Positions 27,101 through 40,200 of a stretch of DNA of 64,000 bases are shown here, piece after piece. The translations under genes and the position numbers were made by a program. Source of the stretch: Eledone cirrhosa (lineage: Eukaryota); NCBI GenBank assembly GCA_964016885.1, contig OZ024752.1, positions 40,052,001 through 40,116,000 of the forward strand, in the 5' to 3' direction. Every line of letters starts with the position of its first letter. Within the stretch, counting starts at the first letter, position 1. Under the pieces are notes generated by a model. It saw only the letters and a list, made by a program, of their open reading frames with translations, was not told where the DNA came from and ran no database searches.

Positions 27101-30100
27101 CAATATATCTATAGGTTTTAAATTGTTAAACAGCTAAAACAAAAACAAAAGTGCAGCTGAAAATATATTTTGAAGTGGTGCACGAAACTAACAATCTGGA
27201 ATAATTTTTGAATTTCCAAAACAAAAAGATACATTAGCTGATATTTAAACAACAAACATTATATCCATCCAGCATGCAATAGATCAATTAAACAAAATTT
27301 AAAGATAAAAATTATAAGAAAGAAAGACATTATTTTTAAAACTATATAAAGCCAATTCTACATCAACAGTCAGTATATGCTACACTACTTGAGGGATATA
27401 TACACAAGGATAAAACTGTTTGAAATCAAACTTTCTTTCAATGAAATATACACAATATATAGTAAATGACCGATATGTTTTTTAAAAGCTGGTACAATGA
27501 GGTAGAAAATACAAAGGGCAAATGACGGTAAATGAAACAAAACAAAAAGTAATGTTTTACCCAGTGTATTACAGCATGGTATTTCAGAGCTATTACCTTC
27601 TTTTCAGATGTGGAGTTGAAACAGTCCAAGATAAAACAAACAAACGATTTGAGTTTCAATAGATTTTCACTGTTTTTGTTTTGTTTCATTTACCATTATT
27701 GGCCCTTCGTATTTTTTGCCGCATTATACCGGCTTTAAAAATAAATTATTGGTTCTTTATTACATATCTCACAATGCTTCATATTAACTATACTAACAGA
27801 ATTAGCCAGTTTTGTTTGTTGTTTTTTAAATAGAGACTTGCCAAATTCATTCACCCAACCAAAATTATCCTGAATGTAAATGATGCAATAGCAAAAAGGA
27901 AAACAAGTACAACAAAACAAAAGTTCTAAGTATTTAGTAATGTTGTCAAATTACATGTGAAATTCAATCAAACAGTTTCATTAATTGCAAACTAACTACA
28001 TTTAGTGACTATAACTATAAGCTATATTTCTGTCTGTGAGTAGATTAAATAGCATTCTATCTCTATTCAAACGGGATTTTAAAACCGGTCAGGTAGAGCC
28101 ATTTTTCTGTCCACAGAGAGAAAGAAAAAAATACATGTGTTTACAACTGATGTTTTGCAGTTTACTGTGCACAGCACTACAGTTATAGCAGAAAATCTTA
28201 AGTGGTTCAAAGCGTTACTAAAGCACCAAATATTGCAAAATTTTCAAATTCGAGAATATATTGTTAATGGAATTTAAAAAAAAAAAAATATGAATGTTTT
28301 TATATTTGAATCTATATTAGCATGGACAGGATGACATTTCAAGATCAGATTTTTGTGGAGGTTATTTAGACAAATATTTCACACCTAATATCCTAATTGT
28401 TAATATAAAAAAAAACAGCAAAGCAGGAGAGATACTTATTTACACAAATTAATGAAATGGAAACATCCGATAATCTTTAAGGGTCATCTCTAAAAATATG
28501 TTAATGCAGTGTTTCTATATTAAGTCATCGTGTGAATGTGGAGAACCAGTCCCTTTCCAATTGTTGATGACAATTGGAAATTACAGGTGAGAGAAGCAAT
28601 TGAAACTAAATGACTCAACTAGAAATTGAAGCTCCATTAAACATTTTTGCTTGCTGGGAGCTTACCACCAGTATATGCAATACACTAGATTAACTTAGAT
28701 ACAAGAGGGTGTTGAAAAGTTCTCAGCTTAACCCATTAGCATTTAAACTAGCCATATCCAGCCAGAATTCTCTAACCTCTTTCTGTTCAAACCAGCTGCT
28801 CATACTTATGTTAAGGTATTGTTATCAAAATAAATGATATCAAAATTTCGTAGATTCGATATTATATGAGATAAAGCCTTTACCATGAAAATATAATAGT
28901 AAATATAGAGTAATATAAATGCTAAAGTCTTAAACAATTCCCCAAAACCTTTCAGTACCCGCTTGTACATACAAGAGGGTGCAGGAAATGAAGCTGGAAA
29001 GTGGGTCAAGAACTTTTCAGTGTCCTTTCATAAACTAATACCAATACTGCACGCTTAATACTTATATGCCTTGCTTATAAAAACAACTTTGTGAATTTTC
29101 AGCAACCTGATTATAGATGATATTTGTGACTGTGATATTAAGGAGCTGACCTACTGTTAATATCATAAGAGATTCAAATTTTAACACATTTTGCCGCATT
29201 TTAGACAATGAAATTCACAGAATTGTATAACTGTCTTTTGTCAAAGGCCTTTAATTACAATGTTTATTTCTCTATAATGCATTATACATTAAACTGCTTA
29301 TCTCAGCCTGCCTTACTGACATTAGATACTTCCAAGTTGAAGAAAGTTCACATTTTGATAAAAACCTACTTGCCTAAAGCTACATTTCCAAACACCACCC
29401 TACCCATTACAGCATTGCAAATTTAACAAAACTATTTTATATAACTATACATTTTAACATTATACACCATAACCACTAGCTGAGGAGTTTTTAGAGATAA
29501 CTATCTCACGCCCATTTTAATAAAATTAGGAATCAACAAAATATTCAGTTATCAGTAATATAAACACTTCATTTAATATTTTCAGATTTGTTGAAAAATT
29601 TTACATTACATTTCTAATATCAGTGCATAGATGCTGGATATTAGCTCAGTTACGAAACCACCCAAAACTGTTCATGGTATAAGTTACCAAAACACCCGAG
29701 ACTACTTAAATTTAACCTATTCATACTTAATCCTTTAGCATTTACATTACTCTATATTTATTATAATTTCATAATATCGAATCTATGAGATTTTGATGTT
29801 ATTTATTTTGAGAACAATACCTTCACATCAGTATGAGCAGCCGGTTACAGCCAGATTGAACAGAAAGAGGTGACAGAATTCTGGCCGGTTACAGCCAGTT
29901 TAAATGCTAATGGGTTAAATCAACATACCAATGTAAAATGATGTTACTAAATTAGTGATACTTTTACTATTTTACTAAGGTTTCATTTTATGTTCTCAGA
30001 GTTTTACGAGGAGGAGTGGGTATTTTATCCAAGTCCTTTATTCTCTTTATATCTAGAATGTCCCAGACATTTTAAAACATCATATAATATCATATAAGTC

Positions 30101-33100
30101 TCAGCTTTAGTAATAACAATTCTGAATTTGAATGAGTTTTTTTTTATGCAGCAAATACAAATGGTACAAGTAAAACATGTGATGGGCTTTGAACTGAATA
30201 TTTCAATTTCTGACATTGTAAACACATCGGACAACAACAGCGAAAATGAGATTTTTCAGAAAGAGAATGGAGGAAACACTTCAGAAATATTTATCTACCA
30301 AAATTCCAGGTAAACACCAAATCCATTTACTCTTTTACCTCTTCCAGATATCTAGCTGGGGCCATTTATTTATTTTATTCCACTATTTATTTACTTTATT
30401 CTTCTTAAATATGCCAATAATAATAATAATGACACATACTAATTGTTATGAAAAATGCAAACAAAGGGGAAAATATGTAGAAACTAAATGAAATGAAGGC
30501 AATTTTACTATATAATTTTTGTCATATATATAATATTGAGCATTTAGGGAGTTATATAATTGTTTCTACTTTTGGCACAATTATCAGCAATTATCCCTGT
30601 TCATTACTGGTGCTTTATTCTATCAATCCTGTAAGGATAAAAGGCAAAGTTAACCTCGACGGGATTTGAACTCAGAACGTAAAGGGCCATAACTATGCTG
30701 CAAAGCATGGCGTCTGACCCTCTACCAATACTGCCAACTGATTAATATATTTTAAAATTTAAATAACATTTCACTGATTTTTTTACTTGTATTTCGAGTA
30801 GTTTCAAGCCAAAGATGTTGTAATAGAATTGTTTAACTCCACTTTAATATATTACCAAATTCCCACTTATTTTTTGTAGAATTTAATTCAAATACATTCG
30901 AGTTAGAAGTATAGTAAATGAAAGGGTTAAATATTGAGCAAGGGAAGCATTAGTTAGATCACTAAGTTCAACTAAGGGTTCTGTTAAATGTACAGAAGAA
31001 AGATTACTCTCAATTCACATATGACAGAAACCAATGACCAACAGATGATTTTGATACTCTGATGTTATTTTTACTGTTACTCATGGTCTATACTCCTTCA
31101 AGCTGGCCAATCTCATACCACTTTCACCTCAGTTATTTCTCCTCCTCTCTTCACCCATATTATTGTCCACTTTACCAGGCCCTACTTCACTCAATCACCA
31201 CCCTACCACCACCACCAAAATAAAATACAATCCTTTTGAAATTTTCTTCTTTCTCCTTACAATAATCCAAAAGAACATTAACCCCCACAATTTCACTGGT
31301 CTCAGAGGGCCTGACAGACATAGGGACACAACCACTTCCTCCAGATCAAAACAATAACATAAAAAAATTAACTAACAGCCAGAAACCCTCAAATATGTCA
31401 ACTAAGCTGTCCAAAGCTCATAATAGTTGGCTGTTTAGATTCAAAGTTTCTCTTCTCCATTCTTTTTCTCTTCAATCTTTATCACGATAAAAAAAAAAGT
31501 ACAAACTAATGAAAGCTTTATCAGAAAAAAAAACATTTGTGATTTGATTGTAAAAGACATTTTACTTATAATAAAAAAAAATTTTAAATATATATATTTA
31601 AATGCTACACTCTTAAACAAAAAGACAAGCAGGCCATCAATGGAATTGTAAAAAGAAAAAAAAACCTAGACCAGATAATCAAAAAGAAATATTAGCTAAC
31701 TTACTAAAGTTGTTTTCTTAAATGGGTCAACAACTTTAATTTTTAACTCACATTTGTAATGCAGACTAATAGCTTGAGGACAGAAATCACACATGATCTC
31801 AAGTAGTTGCATATATAATGTGGCTTACATGAACATCCATTAAAAGTAAGAATGTTACTTAAGCATATACTGAAGTCATGAGTTTTCCTAAGATTGCAAC
31901 TTTAATTTTAATACAATTTCATTTTGTTTAGGTTGTCAAATAGTATTCCAATTAAAATTGTTGTTCAACCCCTGGTTAGCCCTGATTAAACAGTGACAAA
32001 AGTCTTACAATAACTTAACTTTATTTTACATGAAAATGCAACAATTCTAAAAGGCGACATACTAGTGGCGTTACTTGCAACACACAGGAAACATTGTATT
32101 AAAACAACGAAGGTAAATTTAGCAAGAAAAATAAATACATAATAATATAAACATTGATACGGAATAGTTATGAACAACTCAAAACGAACTCAGTGTGTAA
32201 AGGAAGCAACATGCTACAATAATTGCACTAACATGCTCTAAAAATATACTCCGATTCTCACTTTCAAGAAACACCAAGACCAAGACTACTGTTCTAAAAA
32301 AAAACCATGCGTGAATATACACACGTGGTTGTGCATCTGTTTGTATAGGTTTGAAAAACTATTTGAAAACTTCTACATGAAATCATATCAAATTTATTCA
32401 TTGGCAAAAGCAATTACTAAATATGAAAAGCTCCTGAATTATGCAAATAATAATAATAATAAAAAGGTTAACATAGATAACTGTCCAGCTAAAGCTTAGA
32501 AAAACAAATTTAAATGTTTAATAGTCATTAACCCTTAACGTCCTGTACCACATCAAACCGTATTAGCAAGGCATTCTTGAAAAATACAAAACAGCTCTGA
32601 CTGCATCACATTAAAAATTAAAGTCTTTATTCTAATACTGCAAGTTTTTCACAATGATCTGTCCACTAGTAAAGATACTATAAATAGTTGAATTAATAAA
32701 CCTATTTTTAAAGATATTTTCTGCTAAATCATTACAGAATGTTAAGAGTTAAACTTCCATCAAAATTAAAACACACACTGAATCTTCATAGAGAGATGTA
32801 AATTAATTGAAAAACCCAAAATAATTTATTGATTCAAAATAATTAACCAAAGTACAGTTGCAAGACTTCAGCTATCTTGCTGCAACTGGATTTAAAAAAA
32901 GATTGTTACAAAAACTCAAAATGGCTGTGATAAGAATACAAATGTTGAGAAAACATTAAGATTTCATTAGGAAGAGGAGGAAGGGAGGAATTACTGAAAG
33001 ACTTAGTGTAACTGCTAAGTATTATGTATTTCAAAACGTCATTAACAGTTCCCAGACATACAAAATGCTCAACAATTAATGAAGTAGAATACTGTTTCCT

Positions 33101-36100
33101 GTGATGGCCTGAAACCTAGTAAATCTATTAATGCTAACATAGTAAACAGACTTTGACAAATATATTCACAATACTTTGCAAAGACTAAGAGAAAAGCAAT
33201 CAAAACGAATTGGTTAAAAAACGTTTATACAAGTTACACATTAGAAGATAAGTACAAAACCAACCAAAATTTTAAAAAATAAGGAACAGAGAAAAAGTAG
33301 AAAATGAGAAAACAGAATATCTTTTCATGAGCAAAAGAAGAGAATGAAACATTAAGACTTAGAAAACTGGTGACAACATTGACAAATAGAATTATACCAT
33401 TAGCAGCTTCAGACACCTAGCCTTACCAAGGTCGTAATGGTTGATTAAAATCTCGGACATAGATGAACCATCTGAGCGCTGATCTAAGCCAAGTGGATCA
33501 ACTGCAGCTAGCTCATGACCACGGATCTAGTGAGAGAGAAACCAAAAAGACACAAATTAGGAACTAATAGTGAATGAATTAAGGTACCAATCCAGATCCC
33601 TGAAAACACCATCAGATGCATAAAGAATTTCTTCAAATCGCTGAAAGAAAAAGAAATAATTAGTATTTATGCATCCCCAGGCCAATATATTATATATATA
33701 TATATACAAAGAAAAGATTTTAGCACTTATCTTTACATCTTTGATTAAAATATTTCCAATTTTTCTTTTCACAATCTTTAGTAAAAAATGAATTTAAAGT
33801 TTTTAATATATATATACATATATGTAGTCGATCTCTTGGATTTTTATGAGATGCTGAAATAAAGTTAATATAAAGTGTGCAGAGATGCTATAAAATAGCT
33901 TATAATGTCAGGTGAAGACCCTTAAAGGCAAAAAAAGAAGTTGCCATTGGCCACCATATATTTTTTATTTGAGTACATCTATTTTAATGAAACCAAAATT
34001 AAAAAGAAAATAATTCACGTCAGCATAAAAGCAATAGATTAATTCAACAATGTTTTCACTTTGAATGTTGTTATATATGCCAGGAAATGTTTCTGTACTG
34101 AATAAAATATTTAATAATTTACTGTTTTGACAACACCAATATTAATATTCAATTCTCAACCATTATCTATATTTGAAAATGTGAAATGACTAAGAACATA
34201 TTTTTCATCAAAATTGTTTTTAATAGGTACTAAAGTCTTTTAATTGGCCTTCATATTCCCTGAAATAAAGCCATTTCTTTTAATAGTTCACATTCCCTCA
34301 TTAGAATCTTTGTACTGTTTACTGCTGTAAAAAGTAACTCTTTAAAATGAAAATATAAACAAAAAATTTATAAGTCTTATGAAACCAGCCTACATTCTCA
34401 GTTATTTTAAAATTTAATTGAATTTAAGTATTTAAATTAGAAATATAATAACAAAAGGGATATTTCAGCATTTTTAGATATTTTGAATACTGATTTCAAG
34501 TTCTTAAGAAATATTTTGTGATTTAAATATATCAAAATATATCATTTAATGTTCATTTTCCTTACTAGCAAAACTGTACTTAATTGAGGCTACTGATCTC
34601 TCAGATGGGTTGGAGGTTACATCTCATAGATGTTCCAACACTTTACAGAGTGCACCATACATTTTATCCTGACACGAACACCTGGGGAGCTCGTCATGTC
34701 TAAGACCTGACTGAAAAATCCTTCAACCTTTTGTGTGAGAGGTATTCTACAGAGTGTTTATATTGTGTAGATTACAAACACTAGGGAAATTGTCATGCTT
34801 TTGATACAACTGAAGTCTCTGCAAGTATATATATATACACATCTAACCCATGCTAGCGTGGAAGATGGACGTTAAACGAAGATGATGATATATAAACACA
34901 CGTCATTTTACTTTTCATTTTTGCTATTTATATTCTTGCATCATTTTTTTTTTTTTTTGCCAGAGATGCTCTTCCTTTTATAATCATAATTTGTCATCAT
35001 TAGCAAGACTGTTCAGATCCATAATATTCACATTGTTTTGTAATAAAGCCTTTAGTTGCATGATCAGTGAGGAATTGCAAAACTTGGAGTAGCAACAGAA
35101 AGTAATGTCAACCTATATTATTTTAAAAGAGGCTAAATATTGGAAATACAATTTATAACCTGGCCAGGAAATTACATCCAGTGGGTCACCCAACGTGCAA
35201 TTGAAAATCCAAGAAGAAGAAAAATGCAAACTACTAATCAGTTCACTAGAACAGGGAAAAAAAAGAACATTTTTTGGTGACAAGACCACCAAGAGACCAG
35301 GTTGAGGAGGAGCACTCTTCTCTAAGAAACTTACACAACTGAATGCCAACATTGCTGCACTCAGTGAAACATGGCTCTTAGAAGGAAAACTTAAAGAAAC
35401 TGTCTCAGGTTATACATTCTTCTGGAAAGGGTATCAAGTAGAACAAGAAAGAATCCAAGAAGTTGGCTATGCTGTGAAAACCAACATCATTTCAGACCAT
35501 AAATTCACACCAACCACCATCAACCCATGAATCTCGGCATACCACTCCCTGAAGAAAATTTTATTACCTTTATTTCTTCTGCCTATGCCTAACCTCTTGG
35601 TATTAATGAAGATGAGAAAAATCAACTTTATCAACAGCTAACCAACGCCACTCTCAAAGAACCACCTAGAAACAAACTTCTACTCTTAAGAGATTTCAAC
35701 ACATGAATAGGGAAAGATAATTGCTTATGAGAAAATATCATTGGTAAAGATGTCAGGAACTGCGATCCAAATGGATTTATCCGCCTTAGTCTTTGCTCAG
35801 AACACTCCTAGTTAATTACCAATACACAGTTCCGACTTACCAATCACTTGAAGATCCCAGGGAGGTATTGTTGATCAAAACATTGGCACCTTCTGGACTA
35901 TGCCATCATCTGCCAAAAAGATTTTTTTTTTTAAATGTTCTTGTCACTAAAACAGCCCCCAGTTCTGATAACTGCTAGACAGATGACCATCTTATCTCAC
36001 AAATGAAAATTATCTTCTGTAGCAAACCCAGGCAGTAGAAATCACCTCTATCATGTAGAAAATTCAATATCACAAAATTTCAACATCTAGATATCTGAAC

Positions 36101-36734
36101 CAACTATGAAACAGCTATACAACAAACAAAAGGTCCTCTCCAAACACATCCATAACTGCATTCTGGAAGATACATAGTCACCAACCCAACAGATCATCAC
36201 TGAAACAGCTAAAAGTACCATCAGTTTCACCAAGAAGAAAAAGCAGAACAGGCTTGACATCAACATCAACTATGATAAAATCAACCAGCATAGTGACATA
36301 AAGGAAATAGCTCATATATTTCATGAACAAGACCTAGTTTTCTAACATGAAGGAATATTTTGCAACACAAATGTACTTCTGAGAAAGATGTGGGAGAACA
36401 AAACAGGATCAGCTCCTGAAGATTTTGGTAAATTGGCAAAGCAAGTCTTCAAGAACAAAGATCTGAACCAAAATACAAAATTGATAGTCAACCTACATTG
36501 GCATCAATCCATTACCAAAGTAATACACAGTTTCAAAACCTGAAGAAGAGGAGGAAAAACAATAAAAGACTCAACTTAATCAAGTACTACCTTGCCATCT
36601 ATATCACATGTTCCATGCAAAAATATATATATATATATATATAAAAAATTTGGGACCCCGACGGCTGAGCTCCAGCTGTTTCAACAGCTAGATCCGAAAT
36701 GTATATATGTGTGTGTGTATGTGTGTGTGTGTCT

Positions 36735-36765
<31 letters not shown>

Positions 36766-37227
36766 GTGCCGGTGATCAACATGATAAAGTAACCAGTACA
36801 CACAATAAAGTGGTTGGTGTTAGGAAGGGCATCCAGCCATAGAAAGTTTGTCTCAAAAGACATGACAACCTGTTCTGAGCACTCAAAAGAAAGTATGACC
36901 ATAGATAAGCGAGATGTAGAGCTCCCAACCTGTCTGGGAAGTCAGTAGCCCAGTTTCAGTACTGACTTGGTCTATGTAGATCAGTCCAACCCTTGCTAGC
37001 AGGGAAAGCAGAAATTTATTGATGATGATGATAATGATGATATATATTACAAGTGGTATCCTGAAGGGTATCGGGGAAATAACCACAGTTAAATAAAGTA
37101 CTCAATACATTAGTAGAGAATAAGCATATTTATTATGTAGACGTGTGACTTCTACAGGACTATAACTGTTTCATTTGTATGAAATCACCATTCATTAGAA
37201 CGAAACAGTTCCAATCCTTTATAAGTC

Positions 37228-37271
<44 letters not shown>

Positions 37272-40200
37272 ATTATTATTATTGTTGTTGATATTAAGAA
37301 CTATTAAGGGTAGAAATTATTTCTGTTTCTCTTATTTTACCCAGTATAAATTCATAAAACAATTTTTAAAATATTCATCAGCAATGTTTTTATTTAAAAT
37401 ATATTAGAGACCATTTCTTTTTTTACAGCAGTACCAGTTGGAGAATCCAATATGAACAATGTAAAGATCCATTGTGAACAATGTAAAAAAAAAAAAAAAG
37501 GCTATAGAGATAGCAATTATTACATATCCTGTAGTGATTCTCAATACATACCCAATCCATAGTTTGTCAGAATTAGCTCTGGTGGAGTCTCAGAATCTAA
37601 ATCTGCAGAATCAATTCCTAACGGATCCAATTTAGCTACATTATGACCACGAATCTGTTTGAAAGGGAAAGATAAAATGAACAGACATACAATTATATCT
37701 ATAGAATATAGTGTAATAGGGAACCAAGTATTCAGCTCTCACCCTTTCTTTTTTTAATGGATAAAGTATAAGCTATATAATTGTTTGTTGTTTTGTATTA
37801 AACAAAAACAATGTGTGGGTGCAATCATACAGATATATGAATAATACTATAATCAAGCTGTTAAGTTTGATAAACTATCTTATTTAAAATAATGTATTTA
37901 CAGTTTTCTGGTCTCTTTAAATGAAAGAAAAATAACCTGTATTATAAAAGGAATAATATATCCTTGAATAAAAGAAATATTAAAATATTTAGTGAATCTT
38001 AACTTTAGCAAAACACTTATAGCAGTTGTTCCCAATCTTTTGTGCACCATGCCCCACCTCAACATCTCAAACATTTTTATGCCCCACTTTGATATAAAAA
38101 CAGCAATGAACAGCTACAAAGTGTAAACAAATTGGCATATGGGTGATGCCGAGGCACAATAACGTGTGGAGGAGGTGAGACAGGAGTTTCTGACCATAAT
38201 TTGCCTTGGTGTAAAAATATTAGGGTAAAATCTGAAGTGTGCTCTCATTAACATCATTTTCAAAGAGCACCCCACAGGGGGAGCAATCACTTGGCTTACA
38301 GAGTAAACATTTTGTGGAAGCACAAATCATTTTTTTTTTTTTAAACTAAACAAGACTCCAGACCTCATTCGCTTTACCGAGTAGGGAGCAACTCGTCAGA
38401 TTGGACCAAGGAAACAATGTTTCCATTGGTCTTTCCAAGTGCTAATACTGTCTACAGGGTTCCTGGTAGAAGGAGCAGCATGAAATAAAGTGTCACATCA
38501 CCCAGTCCGGGAATCAAACTCACAACCTCACATTTGTGAATCCAACACCCTAACCACAGTTAAATATGTATCTATGAAATATATGATCAATGGATGATTG
38601 GCTTCATAGACTTTGATATAGGCCAGTGTAAGAAATACTCAGTGATTTCTTTTTTTATCGCTCAGCTTAGGAAGGGATGGGCAGGTCCCATAACTCTTTT
38701 TGTGGGCTTCAAAGTCTGATGTGAGGAAGAAGAGATATCCTCAAACCATATACCTGGCTCTGAATGTTTGTAACACAAGGGCAAGGTGCTGATGTTAAAC
38801 TGGGTGACAGATTACCAAGTGGGCCATGGTAGAACTTGTGAGTGCAAAGCTCTACAACAAATACTGCAAGGCATCACACCCAAAACTAATAATTCTGCAA
38901 ATCTAGCACCTTTGACTGCTACTTTATTCACGCTGGAAGGATAAAAGGAAAATTTGAAAACTCACTAGAAAAAAGGAATTATTTCACACACTGATAAATA
39001 CTAAAAGGAGGACTGCAGTATATTTTTTTTTTTATATAACTTTAAAACAAAATCTACTTGAAAATCCCATCAAATATTAAATCACAATTAAAATTATATC
39101 TCCAGAAAATGTATTTAAAAATCTTTTCCACCACTTTCTACTCTATGTAACAGGAATTATGACTACAAAGTATATATTTGAAAATGATATTAAATATCTT
39201 CAACCATTTAAATTGAAAGAGTTCTTCAACAGAAACTTGGCCTATTATATTACAGGTATGACATTCAATCAATAGAAAATTTCAATAAATAATATCCAAT
39301 AAAAGAAGTTATCATTCATGCAGCTTTTCTTCGGTGTCTACATGAATTTTGTTTCATCATGGTGAGAACATAGGAAAATAGCATATGTGGAAACTTTAAA
39401 ACTAGATGAAATATTTTTTTTAAATAAGTAACATCTAAATCTGGTGATGAATTAAGTTTTAAAAAATACTCATATTTCAATACCACTTCGAATTGAGAGA
39501 TCACAGCTCTGATATTACAGACATGTGATTAGAATGTCACAGGAAAGAATCGCTGGACAGATTTTACAAAGCAAAACCAGCCAGCAGGAAGGGCCAGGGG
39601 TAGACCCTGAGCAAGATGGTTGGATAACATACATGAGCTCGGCTAGTCTCGCTTGAGAATCCAACTGGATCGATTCAAGACCGTTGTTTCTGATGACAGG
39701 ACCTGCTGGAAGGAGTGTTTAAGGACTGTCCCCCCCCCCCACACACACACACACAACCCTCTTAGGAATAAGTGGGTGTCAAAGAAGAAGATATATTCAT
39801 ATCACAATGGTAATGACAATTGTTCCACCACCACCACCACCACCACCACCACAACCACCACCACAAACAATTGATTGCAAAACAAACATAACATTGCTTC
39901 ATCAGCAACTGTGTCACTAGAAACTAATATTAAATTTTAAATGGAGACAAAAAAACAGCAAATAGAGACACACTCTAATAACAATACGATACACACACAC
40001 ACACACACACACATACACATAGCAAATAAATGATTTTATCATGCTCAACAAATTTTCAAAAGCAAAACAAATCAATAAATTAACTGTTAGCCTGCTATTA
40101 ATGGAAAATACAAATAAACACTGTGCTACCACAGAAGATATTCCCATCGTTATAATGATAAATTTCTTGATTAAATACAGGGTGTTGCAAAAACATTGAC

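Noticed and set aside
29950-30240. Possible third IRGH-type alternative exon
   Set aside because: No RGH or DPLG motif, and stops occur in the relevant frame.
32062-32072. 11-nt microexon candidate (ttgcaAG|TAACGCCACTA|GTATGT, minus strand)
   Set aside because: Not a multiple of three and incompatible with the phase 1-1 context; no other support.
39290-39360. Box C-like ATGATGA suggesting an intronic snoRNA (minus strand)
   Set aside because: No suitably placed CTGA D box or terminal stem found.
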